51,459 nucleotides of DNA from Phenylobacterium sp. (GCF_044371015.1 NZ_JBILUK010000001.1:1-51459); one strand, 5' to 3'. Counted from the stretch's first letter, positions 38,268-49,183 are shown. Program-made: numbers and translations. The notes: generated by a model from the letters alone, not told the origin.

Positions 38268-38918
38268 TCATGGCTCCCGCTTGGCCCCGACAGGCTCCTC
38301 GCGCCAATCCTCAGGAAGGAGCGGACTGAATCCCTCCAGGCGTCGGACATCTTCGGCCCAGCGCCCGGCGGCTCGCCCCGCAAGGAAGGCGGTGTGTATC
38401 ACATTCTCCCCGCCCAAGGCCAAACCCAATTCCTGCGCATTGAACAGGCCGAGCACGCCCGGCGGCGGCGTGGCGTGGCGGGCCAGCCGCAGAAGCTTGC
38501 CGCGCCCGTCGCCCGCGCCATCGATCGCTTCGATCAACCAGGCCGCGCGGCCGGCGCCGACCGTCTTGGCGACCTTCTCGAACCCCATCACCAATTCACC
38601 CGCCCGGCGGGCCAGCCCCAGGCCTGAAAGCACCCGGGCGCGCAGTAACCGTTCCACTTCGTCGGCGAGGTCTGGCGCGGCCTTGAGGGGCGCCTTGGCC
38701 GAGCGGGCGAAGAGGTTCTTCTTGGCGGCCGCCGCCACCGACGCACGGTCCGCCGCCACCCAGACGCCCCGCCCCGGCAGCTTGCGCGCCAGATCCGGGA
38801 CCACCTCGCCGTCCGGCCCCGACACGAACCGGACCAGCGCCGCTTCCGGCATGACCGCGCCGGAGACCACATCCTTGCGCTCCCGCGAAGCTTCCGCGTG
38901 GGTCTTGGCGGCCTTCAT
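38268..38918 (-). CDS. DUF448 (YlxR/RnpM)-L7Ae RNA-binding protein
   Basis: LVRFV.GPDG.VVPD..RKLPGRG.WV, LGLARRAG, ELGLALG; between nusA and infB; start uncertain (38918-38939). Confidence 0.88.
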   Translation of the reverse strand: MKAAKTHAEASRERKDVVSGAVMPEAALVRFVSGPDGEVVPDLARKLPGRGVWVAADRASVAAAAKKNLFARSAKAPLKAAPDLADEVERLLRARVLSGLGLARRAGELVMGFEKVAKTVGAGRAAWLIEAIDGAGDGRGKLLRLARHATPPPGVLGLFNAQELGLALGGENVIHTAFLAGRAAGRWAEDVRRLEGFSPLLPEDWREEPVGAKREP

Positions 38919-38935
38919 CGGCGTGACCTCAATCA

Positions 38936-39061
38936 TCAACCACGGAACTCACGGAATTGGCTGCGAGGCGAACACCCCCGACCAAGGTGCTGTCGCCCTG
39001 GATTCCGGCTTGCACCGGAACGGTCGGGAGAAAAGATGAAGCCTCTTCCGTGCGTTCCGTG
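38936..39061. repeat. Inverted-repeat element with CACGGAACTCACGG arms, copy 1
   Basis: Left arm 38941-38956 and right arm 39046-39061 are 15/16 complementary; both arms recur at 46943-47001. Confidence 0.8.
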
Positions 39062-39066
39062 ATCCC

Positions 39067-40752
39067 TTAGGCTTCCTGCGTTTCTTCGACCGCCTCGGCC
39101 TCGGCCTCGGCTTCGGCGTAGGCTTCCTCTTCGACCTCGGGCTCTTCCGGGGCCTCGATCCAGCCCATGGCCACGCGGGCGCGCATGATCAGCAGCTCGG
39201 CGTCCTGCGGCTCGAGGCCGAAGGTCTCCAGAATGCCGGGCTCACGCACGCGCTCGCCGTTCTTGGACTCGAACCAGCCGCGCAGATCGTCGGGCACCAG
39301 ACCGGCCAGGTCTTCCACCGTCTTGACGTCGCCGGCGCCCAGCGCCACCGCCATGGCCAGGGTGACGCCTTCGATTTCCAGAACACCGTCTTCCACGCCC
39401 AGTTCGCGACGCTTGGCGTCGAGCTCGGCGGCCTCGCGGTCGAGGTATTCGCGGGCCCGGGTCTGGATCTCCTCGCCGGTGTCCTCGTCGAAGCCCTCGA
39501 TGGAGGCGATCTCCGAGACGTCCACATAGGCCACGTCCTCGACAGTCGCGAAGCCTTCGGTCACCAGCAGCTGGGCGATCACCTCGTCGACGTCGAGCGC
39601 CTCCTGGAACAGCGCGGTGCGTTCGGCGAAGTCGCGCTGGCGCCGCTCGCTCTCCTGGCTCTCGGTCATGATGTCGATCTGCCAGCCGGTCAGCTGGCTG
39701 GCGAGGCGCACGTTCTGGCCGCGACGGCCGATGGCGAGGCTGAGCTGCTCGTCCGGCACCACCACCTCGACCCGCTCGTCCTCCTCGTCCATCACCACCT
39801 TGGAGACTTCCGCCGGCGCCAGGGCGTTGACGATGAAGGTCGCCTCGTCGTGGCTCCACTGGATGATGTCGATCTTCTCGCCCTGCAGTTCGGCCACCAC
39901 CGCCTGCACGCGGCTGCCGCGCATGCCCACGCAGGCGCCGACCGGGTCGATCGAGCTCTCGTTGGAGATCACCGCCATCTTGGCCCGGCTGCCGGGATCC
40001 CGCGCCACGGCGCGGATCTCGATCACGCCGTCGTACACTTCCGGCACTTCCTGGGCGAACAGCTTGGCCATGAAGCCGCCGTGGGCGCGGCTCAGCAGGA
40101 TCTGCGGGCCCTTGGTCTCGCGCCGCACGTCGTAGATGTAGCAGCGGATGCGGTCGCCGATATTGAAGTTCTCGCGCGGGATCGACTGGTCGCGGCGCAT
40201 GATGCCCTCGCCCCGGCCCAGATCGGCGACCACGTTGCCGTATTCCACGCGCTTGACCGTGCCGTTGACGATCTCGCCCACGCGATCCTTGTACTCCTCG
40301 TACTGGCGCTCACGCTCCGCGTCGCGGACCTTCCCCATCACCACCTGGCGGGCCATCTGGGTCTGCACGCGGCCGAACTCGAAGGGCGGGAGCTCCTCCT
40401 CGTAGGTCTTGCCGATCACCGCTTCCTTGTCGCGGCGCAGGGCGTCGGCCAGCCTCAGAATGCCCGGCGGCTCTTCGAAGGGCAGATCCTCGCCCGTCTC
40501 CTCGTCGACGCCGCCGCCGAACACCGCGTCGTCGGCCACCACGGTGATCACGCGCTTGATGTTGGTCTCGCCGGTCTTTGGGTCGATATGCACGCGGATG
40601 TCGTGCTCGGCGCCATAGCGCGAGCGGGCGCCTTTCTGGATCGCTTCCTCGATCGCCTCGATGACGATCTCCTTGTCGATCGACTTCTCGCGGGCGACCG
40701 CTTCGGCGATCTGGAGAAGTTCCAGGCGGTTGGCGGAAATGCCGGTGCTCAT
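39067..40752 (-). CDS. nusA: Transcription termination factor NusA
   Basis: [52 protein letters not shown]. Confidence 0.99.
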   Translation of the reverse strand: MSTGISANRLELLQIAEAVAREKSIDKEIVIEAIEEAIQKGARSRYGAEHDIRVHIDPKTGETNIKRVITVVADDAVFGGGVDEETGEDLPFEEPPGILRLADALRRDKEAVIGKTYEEELPPFEFGRVQTQMARQVVMGKVRDAERERQYEEYKDRVGEIVNGTVKRVEYGNVVADLGRGEGIMRRDQSIPRENFNIGDRIRCYIYDVRRETKGPQILLSRAHGGFMAKLFAQEVPEVYDGVIEIRAVARDPGSRAKMAVISNESSIDPVGACVGMRGSRVQAVVAELQGEKIDIIQWSHDEATFIVNALAPAEVSKVVMDEEDERVEVVVPDEQLSLAIGRRGQNVRLASQLTGWQIDIMTESQESERRQRDFAERTALFQEALDVDEVIAQLLVTEGFATVEDVAYVDVSEIASIEGFDEDTGEEIQTRAREYLDREAAELDAKRRELGVEDGVLEIEGVTLAMAVALGAGDVKTVEDLAGLVPDDLRGWFESKNGERVREPGILETFGLEPQDAELLIMRARVAMGWIEAPEEPEVEEEAYAEAEAEAEAVEETQEA

Positions 40753-40777
40753 GGCGGGGTCCTCAACTTCGTCGTGT

Positions 40778-41326
40778 CTAGGGGATGTCGTTGGATTCAG
40801 GTTCTGCAGCGAGGCGGGCGGCGCGGATCTCGGCGCCGCGCTTCATGAGGGCGTCGGAAAGCACCAGCTTGGCCTCGACGATCCAGGCCAGCGGGACCAT
40901 CGCGGTCTCGACCTCGCCCTCCAGATCGATGCCGATCTGATCGCCCTCAAGTCCGGAGAGGATGCCCTTGAACCGCTTGCGGCCCTCGGCCAGGCGATCC
41001 AGTTCGATGCGGATCTCGTGGCCCTCGAAGGTCTCGAAGTCCTTCGGCCGGGTCAGCGGCCGGTCGACGCCGGGGGAGGAGACCTCCAGCACGTACTCGC
41101 CGCTGATCGGATCGGCGGGATCCAGAACCTCGGACAACAGGCGCGAAAGCCGCGCGCAGTCCTCCACGTTCATGTCGCCGTCGACGGCGCGTTCGGCCAT
41201 CACCTGAAGCCTGCGCCGCTCGGCGCCGCCCATCAGGCGCAGGCGCACGATTTCATAGCCGCCGGCCTCGGCGACGGGATCGAGCAGCTCGATCAGTTTC
41301 AGGTCTTCCGCGGTCTTCCCACGCAT
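40778..41326 (-). CDS. rimP: Ribosome maturation factor RimP
   Basis: [27 protein letters not shown]; upstream of nusA. Confidence 0.97.
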   Translation of the reverse strand: MRGKTAEDLKLIELLDPVAEAGGYEIVRLRLMGGAERRRLQVMAERAVDGDMNVEDCARLSRLLSEVLDPADPISGEYVLEVSSPGVDRPLTRPKDFETFEGHEIRIELDRLAEGRKRFKGILSGLEGDQIGIDLEGEVETAMVPLAWIVEAKLVLSDALMKRGAEIRAARLAAEPESNDIP

Positions 41327-41346
41327 GGGATTTCCCGGCCTCCGGC

Positions 41347-41382
41347 AAAGAAAAAAGCGGCCGGGCTTTTGGCCCGCCGCTT
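41347..41382 (-). terminator. rimP leader attenuator hairpin
   Basis: Minus strand AAGCGGCGGGCCAAAAGCCCGGCCGCTTTTTTCTTT: GC stem plus U-tract about 20 nt before the rimP start; leader terminators upstream of rimP are widely conserved. Confidence 0.8.
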
Positions 41383-41421
41383 GAATGCGCCATCCAGCGC
41401 GTTCAGCGATGTGTTGGAGGC

Positions 41422-41450
41422 CTTATAGTCGGCCCGCAGGCTCTTGTCTA
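41422..41450 (-). promoter_or_regulatory. Sigma70-type promoter of the rimP-nusA-infB operon
   Basis: TAGACA-N17-TATAAG on the minus strand, upstream of the leader hairpin. Confidence 0.6.
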
Positions 41451-41551
41451 TTCGGGGGATCGAAGCGCGACGCGGAGAAACACTGCATCACGACGTACTC
41501 CGAGATTGAATCGTGGCCCACCGGCTAAGCAACGACGGGAGAGTTTGGGGG

Positions 41552-41971
41552 TTAGGCGAAAACTCCCCTCGCCCCCGCCAGCGCGACCGCCAAGGTCTCA
41601 TCGTCCCACGCCAGCGCCGTCCCCGCGCCCCATACCGGCCCTGGCCAGGCGGCATCATCCGCCCTTCGCCCCACCACATGCACGTGCAGCTGGCGGGTGA
41701 TGTTGCCGAGCTGGCCGATGTTGAGTTTTTCGACGGGTCGGCCGAGCGCCGCGCCCGCCGCGCGGACGGCGCGACCGGCGACCAGAATCTCTTCGAGAAG
41801 GCGCGCCCGGTCCGCCGCCAACAGGTCCTCGATCTCGACCGCGTTGGCGCGTCGGGGGATCAAGACAACCCAGGGGAAGCGGGCGTCCAGCTGCCAGCGC
41901 GCCTCGCAGAGGTCGAGGTCGGCGAGCCAGGTCGAGCCGGCGTCGAAGGCGGGATCGCGCTTGAAGGCCAT
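41552..41971 (-). CDS. HIT family protein
   Basis: [41 protein letters not shown]. Confidence 0.9.
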   Translation of the reverse strand: MAFKRDPAFDAGSTWLADLDLCEARWQLDARFPWVVLIPRRANAVEIEDLLAADRARLLEEILVAGRAVRAAGAALGRPVEKLNIGQLGNITRQLHVHVVGRRADDAAWPGPVWGAGTALAWDDETLAVALAGARGVFA

Positions 41972-42051
41972 CCCCCGCGCCTGCGGCATTGCGGCGGCGC
42001 GGTCAACCGGCTAACGACCCGCCGACATTCCCGAACAGAGGAGCGATTGCC

Positions 42052-43035
42052 ATGAAGAAGCCCATCCGTGTGGCGGTCACCGGCGCGGCCGGAAACATCG
42101 GTTACGCGCTGCTCTTCCGGATCGCGTCCGGCGAGATGCTCGGCAAGGACCAGCCGGTCATTCTGCAGTTGCTGGAGATCCCGGTCGAAGGCCCGCAGAA
42201 GGCGCTGAAGGGCGTCGCCATGGAGCTGGAGGACTGCGCGTTTCCGTTGCTGGCCGACATGGTGCTGACCGGCGAGCCGGACGTGGCCTTCAAGGACGCG
42301 AACTGGTGCCTGCTGGTCGGCTCCAAGCCGCGCGGCCCGGGCATGGAGCGCGCCGACCTGCTGAAGGACAACGGCAAGATCTTCATCGCCCAGGGCCAGT
42401 CCATCGACCGCGTGGCGGCTGACGACGCCCGCATCGCGGTGGTGGGCAACCCCTGCAACACCAACTGCATGATCGCCGCGAGCCAGGCCAAGCGCCTGAC
42501 GCCTGACCGCTTCACCGCGATGGTGCGGCTGGACGAAAACCGCGGCCGCAACCAGCTGGCCAAGAAGGCGGGCGTGCCGGTGACCGAGGTCTCCGACCTG
42601 TTCATCTACGGCAACCACAGCCCGACCATGTTCGCCGATTTCACCCACGCCAAGATCGGCGGCAAGGCCGTGACCGACGTGATCACCGACCGCGCCTGGC
42701 TCGACAACGAGTACCTGCCTGCGGTCGGCAAGCGCGGCGCCGCGATCATCGAGGCGCGGGGCGCGAGCTCGGCGGCCTCGGCCGCCGGCGCCCTGATCGA
42801 CCACGTACGTGATCTTTCAACGCCCGGCGCGATCCACTCGGTCGCGGTGGCCAGCCAGGGCCGCTACGGCTTCGCCGATGGCGTCTGGGCCGGCATGCCG
42901 GTGAAGACCACTGCGCCCGGCGCCTATGAGGTGATCACCGCCTACGAGATGGACGACTTCGCCAAGTCGAAGATCAAGATCACCAACGACGAGCTGATCG
43001 GCGAGCGCGACACCGTCAAGGACATGCTCGGCTGA
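42052..43035 (+). CDS. mdh: Malate dehydrogenase, dimeric cytosolic/Thermus-type
   Basis: [51 protein letters not shown]; GAGGAG Shine-Dalgarno. Confidence 0.95.
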   Translation: MKKPIRVAVTGAAGNIGYALLFRIASGEMLGKDQPVILQLLEIPVEGPQKALKGVAMELEDCAFPLLADMVLTGEPDVAFKDANWCLLVGSKPRGPGMERADLLKDNGKIFIAQGQSIDRVAADDARIAVVGNPCNTNCMIAASQAKRLTPDRFTAMVRLDENRGRNQLAKKAGVPVTEVSDLFIYGNHSPTMFADFTHAKIGGKAVTDVITDRAWLDNEYLPAVGKRGAAIIEARGASSAASAAGALIDHVRDLSTPGAIHSVAVASQGRYGFADGVWAGMPVKTTAPGAYEVITAYEMDDFAKSKIKITNDELIGERDTVKDMLG

Positions 43036-43048
43036 TCCGGCCGTTCCG

Positions 43049-43921
43049 GTGAGCCTGACGTTTGATCTGGAGCCCCGCGCCGTCCGCGTCGCCCTGCCTG
43101 CGCGCGGCGGCGAGATGGCGGGCCTTGCGTTCGGCGCCGAGGGGCCGCCGGAGGTGGTCTTCTGCCACGCCAACGGCTTCAACGCCCGCACCTACCGCTC
43201 GATCCTGGCGCCGCTGGCGTCGGAGCTGCGGGTGCTTGCGGTGGACATGCGGGGTCACGGCGCCTCGACTCTGCCGGCCGAGCCCGAGGCGCATGCGGGG
43301 TGGTACGGCTTCCGTGACGACCTGATCGCCCTGATCGACACGGTGGCGGTCGGACCGGTGGTGCTGGCGGGACACTCCATGGGCGGCACGACCTGTTTGC
43401 TCACCTCCGAGGCGCGCCCCGACCTCGTCCGCGCCCTGGCCCTGTTCGACCCGGTGATCTTCGACGCCGCCCGCGCCGCCCAGGATGAGAGGCCCGACAA
43501 TCCCCTGGCCCAGGGCGCGGACCGCCGCCGCGCCGTCTTTCCCGACCGTGCCGCCGTGGTCGCGGCCTATACCGGTCGCGGCGCGTTCCGCACCTGGGGG
43601 CCGGGCCAGCTTGAGGACTATGTCGCGGGCGGCTTCCGGGACCTGCCGGACGGCCAGGTCGGCCTGGCCTGCGCACCGGCCTGGGAGGCCGCCAACTTCC
43701 GTATCCACCGCTACGATCCCTGGTCGGCGTTCCGCGCGGTCCAGGCCCCGACGCGGATGCTGCGCGCCGAGATCGGCTCCACAGCCCGCATCGATGAGGG
43801 CCTGGATATCATCACCGCCAATCCGATGATCCGTTGGGAGATGGTCCCGGGCACAAGCCACTTCCTGCCGATGGAGCGGCCCGAGCTGGTGCGGGAGACG
43901 GTGTCGGAACTGGCGCGCTGA
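43049..43921 (+). CDS. Alpha/beta hydrolase
   Basis: HANGF, DMRGHG, GHSMGG nucleophile elbow, HFLPME. Confidence 0.9.
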   Translation: MSLTFDLEPRAVRVALPARGGEMAGLAFGAEGPPEVVFCHANGFNARTYRSILAPLASELRVLAVDMRGHGASTLPAEPEAHAGWYGFRDDLIALIDTVAVGPVVLAGHSMGGTTCLLTSEARPDLVRALALFDPVIFDAARAAQDERPDNPLAQGADRRRAVFPDRAAVVAAYTGRGAFRTWGPGQLEDYVAGGFRDLPDGQVGLACAPAWEAANFRIHRYDPWSAFRAVQAPTRMLRAEIGSTARIDEGLDIITANPMIRWEMVPGTSHFLPMERPELVRETVSELAR

Positions 43922-43996
43922 AGCGCAATCCAATCCAGCTCGTTCTGTTTGAGCGCCGCGCCTGATCGCTCTTGGAGGCCTCCGCGCCCGCCCCTG

Positions 43997-44149
43997 CTCG
44001 CGTCCGCACGCCCGATGGGGGAATCGGGGCGGACGCGAGACCGCCGCCGGGGGAGAGCGCCCGGCGGCGCGGGGCTCCGCCGCGGGGGGACGGCGGAACG
44101 CTTGGGGCTCGCCGCATCCGAAGGGGTGAGAAACGGACGCGTAGGGCGA
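43997..44149 (-). ncRNA. Candidate sRNA: four tandem hairpins with C-rich loops
   Basis: Stems 43997-44039, 44042-44069, 44076-44097 and 44109-44149; minus-strand loops UCCCCC, CGCUCUCC, UCCCCCCG and UUUCUCACCCCUU. Confidence 0.5.
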
Positions 44150-44198
44150 CCGGACGCGCCGTCCGCCGCGCTTCAGATGGGGGTTCCGCTGCGCAGAT

Positions 44199-45320
44199 TT
44201 AAGGGGCGGCCCCGCGCGCGGAGTCGCCGCGCGTCGGACCCGGATCGCCGTCGGCCGACAGCAGCACCGCGATCCAGCGCGCGCCGGGGAACTGGGCCAG
44301 CACCACCATCATGACCGTGGTCAGAGGGGTCGAAAGGAATGCGCCGGGCAGACCCCAGACCACGCTCCAGAAGGCCAGCGCCAGGAGCAGCACGATGGGG
44401 TCCATGTTCAGACTCCGGCCCTGCATGCGCGGCTGGATGATGTTGCCGACCACCAGGGTGATGGTCTGCAACACGCCGAACAGGATCAGCGGCGGCCACA
44501 GGGTCCCGAACTGCACCACGGCGAAGACCGGCGGCAGGGCCACCGCCACGAGCCCGCCGACCACCGGGATGTAGGAGGCGATGAAGATCAGGATGGCCCA
44601 GAACACGGCGTTGTCGAGCCCCACCGCCGCCATGGTCGCCCAGGAGGCGACAGCGATCATCAGGCCGGTGACCGTCTGCACCCAGAGGTACTGCTCGATC
44701 CCGTCGCGGATGCGGATCAGCGCGGCCACCGCCTCGTGTCGCTCCTCGCGCGTGCCGAAGAGGTTGACCGCCTTGCGCTCCCAGCCTCGGCGCGAGGCCA
44801 GGATGAAGCCCAGATAGACCAGCACGAAAGCCGCCGACGCCAGGAAGCTCTGCAGGCCGCCGGCCACCTGGCCCAGATAGCTTGCGGGGTTCAGCTGACG
44901 GGCCATCTGAGTCAGCGAGGGCGGCGCTTCGACGCCGATCATCGCAGCCATCTGTCCGATCAGGTCATTCAGCCTCGGTGTGTAGGTGACCAACTGGCTT
45001 GCGAAACCGGCCGCGTTCTCCGCCACGAACACCGCCGCGCCGCCGAAGATGGCCACGGAGAGCACGATGGCCAGCGGCATGGCGGCCCGTCGCGAGACTC
45101 CGGGCAGGCGTCGAAAGAGAACCCTCGAGAAGGCGTCGATCATCACCGCCAGGAAGATCGCCAGCGCCAGCGGCGTCAGGATGTCGGCCAGCACATGGAG
45201 CACCACGCCGGAAGCGATGGTCGCCAGCACGACCAGGGCGTTGCGCGCGACCGGATCCCCCAGGAGAGGGGCCGGCGCGACGGCCGAGCGCTGCGGGCGC
45301 GGAGGTTTAGACTGGGTCAC
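44199..45320 (-). CDS. AI-2E family transporter
   Basis: Multi-pass membrane protein; ILTPLALAIFL, SYIPVVGG, GNIIQPRMQGRSLNM, WGLPGAFLSTPLT; start uncertain. Confidence 0.9.
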   Translation of the reverse strand: MTQSKPPRPQRSAVAPAPLLGDPVARNALVVLATIASGVVLHVLADILTPLALAIFLAVMIDAFSRVLFRRLPGVSRRAAMPLAIVLSVAIFGGAAVFVAENAAGFASQLVTYTPRLNDLIGQMAAMIGVEAPPSLTQMARQLNPASYLGQVAGGLQSFLASAAFVLVYLGFILASRRGWERKAVNLFGTREERHEAVAALIRIRDGIEQYLWVQTVTGLMIAVASWATMAAVGLDNAVFWAILIFIASYIPVVGGLVAVALPPVFAVVQFGTLWPPLILFGVLQTITLVVGNIIQPRMQGRSLNMDPIVLLLALAFWSVVWGLPGAFLSTPLTTVMMVVLAQFPGARWIAVLLSADGDPGPTRGDSARGAAP

Positions 45321-45451
45321 GGCGTCGATTTCTAGCGCCGTTCGCCGGCCATGGGGATCGAAAAGGCCGCCGCGCGCGGCCCGCCTGTCCAAGCCGCCGG
45401 GTTTGTGGTTTCAAGACCCTCACCACACGACGCCAATGCGGGAGAGCCAAG

Positions 45452-46936
45452 ATGAGCACGGTCCTGATCGGACAGTCCGATCACCCGGAAGTGCTGCTGT
45501 TGAACCGGGCCAACCGCCACGGCCTGGTGGCCGGGGCCACGGGCACCGGCAAGACGGTGACGCTGCAGATTCTGGCTCAGGGCCTCTCGGATGCGGGCGT
45601 CCCGGTCTTCGCCGCCGACGTGAAGGGCGACCTTTCCGGCATCGGCGCGCCCGGCGCGCCCAACGAAAAGATGCAGGCCCGCGCCCAGGCCATGGGGCTG
45701 ACGCTGAACCCGATGGCCGCGCCCACCGTGTTCTGGGACCTGTTCGGCGAGCAGGGCCATCCGATCCGCGCCACGGTCTCGGAGATGGGGCCGCTCCTGC
45801 TGTCGCGGATTCTCGAGCTGAACGATGTCCAGGAGGGCGTGCTCTCGGTGGTGTTCCGCGCCGCCGACGAGGAGGGCCTGCTGCTGCTCGACCTCAAGGA
45901 CCTGCGCGCCGCCCTGGCCTATGCCTCGGAAAACGCAAAGGCCTTATCGGCCCAGTACGGCAACATCTCGCCCGCCACCATCGCCACCATCCAGCGCAAG
46001 CTGCTGGTGCTGGAGGACCAGGGCGGCGCTAACATCTTCGGCGAGCCGGCGCTTTCGCTCTCCGACCTGATGCGCGTTGACGGATCCGGGCGCGGCTATG
46101 TCAGCGTGCTGGCCGCCAACAAGCTGATCGCCAGCCCCAGGCTCTACGCCACGTTCCTGCTGTGGCTGATGAGCGAGCTTTTCGAGGAGCTGCCCGAGGT
46201 GGGCGATCCGGACAAGCCGCGCCTGGTGTTCTTCTTCGACGAGGCGCACCTGCTGTTCCGCGACGCGCCCAGCTCGCTGCTGGAAAAGGTCGAGCAGGTG
46301 GTGCGCCTGATCCGCTCCAAGGGCATCGGCGTCTATTTCGTCACCCAGAACCCGGCCGACATCCCCGACACTGTGCTGGGCCAGCTCGGCAACCGCATCC
46401 AGCATGCGCTGCGCGCCTATACGCCGGCCGACCAGCGGGGCCTGAAGGCGGCGTCCGAGAGCTTCCGGCCCAACCCGGCCTTCGACACCGCCGAGGCGAT
46501 CCAGGGTTTGGGCGTGGGCGAGGCCCTGGTCTCTGTGCTGGATGAAAAGGGCGCCCCGACCGTGGTTCAGAAGACCCTGATCCGGCCGCCCGTCTCCCGC
46601 CTGGGGCCGATCACGCCGCCCGAGCGGACGGCGCTGATCGGGTCAAGCCCGGTGCGTGGGCTCTATGACGAGGCCAAGGACCGCGAGAGCGCCTACGAGA
46701 TGCTGCAGGCCCGCGCCAAGGCGGCCGCCGCGGAAGCCGCCGAAGTCGAGGCGGAAGCCGCCAGCGCCAAGGCCGAGGCCCGCACACCGACGCCGCGCGC
46801 CTCGAACCGCCAGGGCATGGGCGAGGCTTTCGCCAAGTCCATGCTGCGCACCATCGGCAGCCAGGTCGGCCGCGAACTGATCCGCGGCGTATTGGGCGGC
46901 CTCATGGGCGGCAGCCGCCCGAGACGGCGGCGGTAG
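45452..46936 (+). CDS. HerA-like ATPase (DUF853/YjgR family)
   Basis: ANRHGLVAGATGTGKT, FFFDEAHLLF, RLIRSKGIGVYFVTQNP, QHALRA. Confidence 0.93.
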   Translation: MSTVLIGQSDHPEVLLLNRANRHGLVAGATGTGKTVTLQILAQGLSDAGVPVFAADVKGDLSGIGAPGAPNEKMQARAQAMGLTLNPMAAPTVFWDLFGEQGHPIRATVSEMGPLLLSRILELNDVQEGVLSVVFRAADEEGLLLLDLKDLRAALAYASENAKALSAQYGNISPATIATIQRKLLVLEDQGGANIFGEPALSLSDLMRVDGSGRGYVSVLAANKLIASPRLYATFLLWLMSELFEELPEVGDPDKPRLVFFFDEAHLLFRDAPSSLLEKVEQVVRLIRSKGIGVYFVTQNPADIPDTVLGQLGNRIQHALRAYTPADQRGLKAASESFRPNPAFDTAEAIQGLGVGEALVSVLDEKGAPTVVQKTLIRPPVSRLGPITPPERTALIGSSPVRGLYDEAKDRESAYEMLQARAKAAAAEAAEVEAEAASAKAEARTPTPRASNRQGMGEAFAKSMLRTIGSQVGRELIRGVLGGLMGGSRPRRRR

Positions 46937-46942
46937 GCGGAT

Positions 46943-47002
46943 TCAACCACGGAACTCACGGTTGGGCGCTGAGCCTCGCCCCTGACTCCGTGCGTTCCGT
47001 GG
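46943..47002. repeat. Inverted-repeat element with CACGGAACTCACGG arms, copy 2
   Basis: 46943-46961 is identical to 38936-38954 (19 nt) and 46987-47001 is identical to 39047-39061 (15 nt). Confidence 0.8.
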
Positions 47003-47011
47003 CGCTGAACC

Positions 47012-47791
<780 letters not shown>

Positions 47792-47845
47792 GACCGGATT
47801 GCTCCCAGTTGAAGTGTTCGAGACTTGGGCGGAGGCTTTAGACCG

Positions 47846-48259
47846 ATGACCGGGCGCGAGAAAGTCTCACCTCACGTCAGCGGAAATCCCGAGCAGGTCA
47901 TCGCGCCCGAGCGCGCGCTGGTTCCCGCCATCGTTCGGCTGAACGAACAGAGGGTCGCCGGGGGTTTCTGGCCCAAGATCGGCCGGGTGGCGGCGCGCAT
48001 CCCCTTCGCGCGGGAGGCCCTTTCGGTCTGGCACTGCGCGCGCGACGCGGAGACGCCGACGGCGGCCAAGGGGATCATGCTGGCGGCCCTGGCTTATTTC
48101 GTGATGCCGGTGGATGCGATTCCCGACATCGTCGCGGGCCTGGGCTTCACCGACGACGCCGCCGTCTTCGCCGCCCTGATGGCGGTGATCGGCCGCAACC
48201 TGAAGCCCCGCCATCGCGAGGCCGCAAAGAGGGACCTGGAGCGGCTGCTGGATCAGTGA
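47846..48259 (+). CDS. YkvA/DUF1232 family membrane protein
   Basis: FWPK..RVAARIPF, ALAYFVMPVDAIPD...GLGFTDD. Confidence 0.9.
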   Translation: MTGREKVSPHVSGNPEQVIAPERALVPAIVRLNEQRVAGGFWPKIGRVAARIPFAREALSVWHCARDAETPTAAKGIMLAALAYFVMPVDAIPDIVAGLGFTDDAAVFAALMAVIGRNLKPRHREAAKRDLERLLDQ

Positions 48260-49170
48260 GGATCGGGTTCCGCCGTCAGCTTCGCTGAGCGCGCCAGCCG
48301 CTGTTCGCGCAGGGTGATGAACAGGGTCGAGGCCACCACCACGCCGGCGCCCGCCCAGGTCCAGACCGTGGGGATCTCGTTGAACACGGCATAGCCGATC
48401 ACGGCCGCGAAGATCAGCCGCGTGTAATCGATGGGCGCCATGGCCGAGGCGTCGCCCAGCGACATGCCCTTGATGAAGCAGGCCTGATTGACCGTGGCGA
48501 TGGCCCCCATGGCGCACAGCAGGGCCAGATCCGGCCAGGGCGGCACGCGCCAGGTGAGGATCGCCCCGGGGATGGCGAAGACCACGCCGAGGACCGTCGA
48601 CCACACCAGGATCACCATCGGCGCATTGTCGCGGCTCATCACCTTGAGCCCCGTGACCGTGAAGGCGAACAGCAGGGCCGAGGTCAGCATCGCCAGCGCC
48701 GGAAGGCCCACCTCGAACCCGGCCGCGCCTGGGCGCACCATGATCAGCACGCCCGCGAACCCGACGACCGCCGCGGCGCCCCGCACCCAGCCGACCTGTT
48801 CCTTCATGATGAAGGCGGCGAGCGGCACCATCCAAAGGATGCGGGTGAACGAGAGCGCATTGGCGTCGGCCAGGGGCAGGGTCTGGAAGGCGTAGAACGA
48901 CAGGATCATCGCCACCGTCCCGGCGCTGGACCGGAACAGCACAATGCCGGGTCGCGTGACCCGGAACGCTGCGCTGCGATACCGCGCGATCAGCGGCAGA
49001 AGCACGACCAGTCCCGCCGCTTGTCGGTAGAAGGTCTGCAGCGCGGCGGGATAATCGTCGCCCAGGAACTTGATCAGCGAGGTCATGACCGAGAAGGTCA
49101 CGGCCGACGCCAGCATCCAGAGCGCGCCCTCGAGGTTGCGGGAGGGCGCCGGCGACGGGGGCTCGGTCAC
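48253..49170 (-). CDS. DMT/EamA family transporter
   Basis: About ten transmembrane segments, LPLADANALSF, VGFAGVLIMVRP, APIDYTRL. Confidence 0.9.
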   Translation of the reverse strand: MTEPPSPAPSRNLEGALWMLASAVTFSVMTSLIKFLGDDYPAALQTFYRQAAGLVVLLPLIARYRSAAFRVTRPGIVLFRSSAGTVAMILSFYAFQTLPLADANALSFTRILWMVPLAAFIMKEQVGWVRGAAAVVGFAGVLIMVRPGAAGFEVGLPALAMLTSALLFAFTVTGLKVMSRDNAPMVILVWSTVLGVVFAIPGAILTWRVPPWPDLALLCAMGAIATVNQACFIKGMSLGDASAMAPIDYTRLIFAAVIGYAVFNEIPTVWTWAGAGVVVASTLFITLREQRLARSAKLTAEPDPH

Positions 49171-49183
49171 GGGGATGGCCCCG

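Noticed and set aside
36831-38627. 598-aa plus-strand ORF, and the low-complexity Pro/Ala/Arg stretch in infB
   Set aside because: The ORF is an antisense shadow of infB; a long low-complexity IF-2 N-terminus is normal in high-GC alphaproteobacteria
41423-41488. 21-aa minus-strand ORF (MQCFSASRFDPPNRQEPAGRL) with a GGAG upstream
   Set aside because: It overlaps the rimP promoter and has atypical codons; no support for translation
45452-46936. HerA-like ATPase as part of an anti-phage system
   Set aside because: It is the widespread DUF853/YjgR type, with no adjacent nuclease, SIR2 or NurA partner
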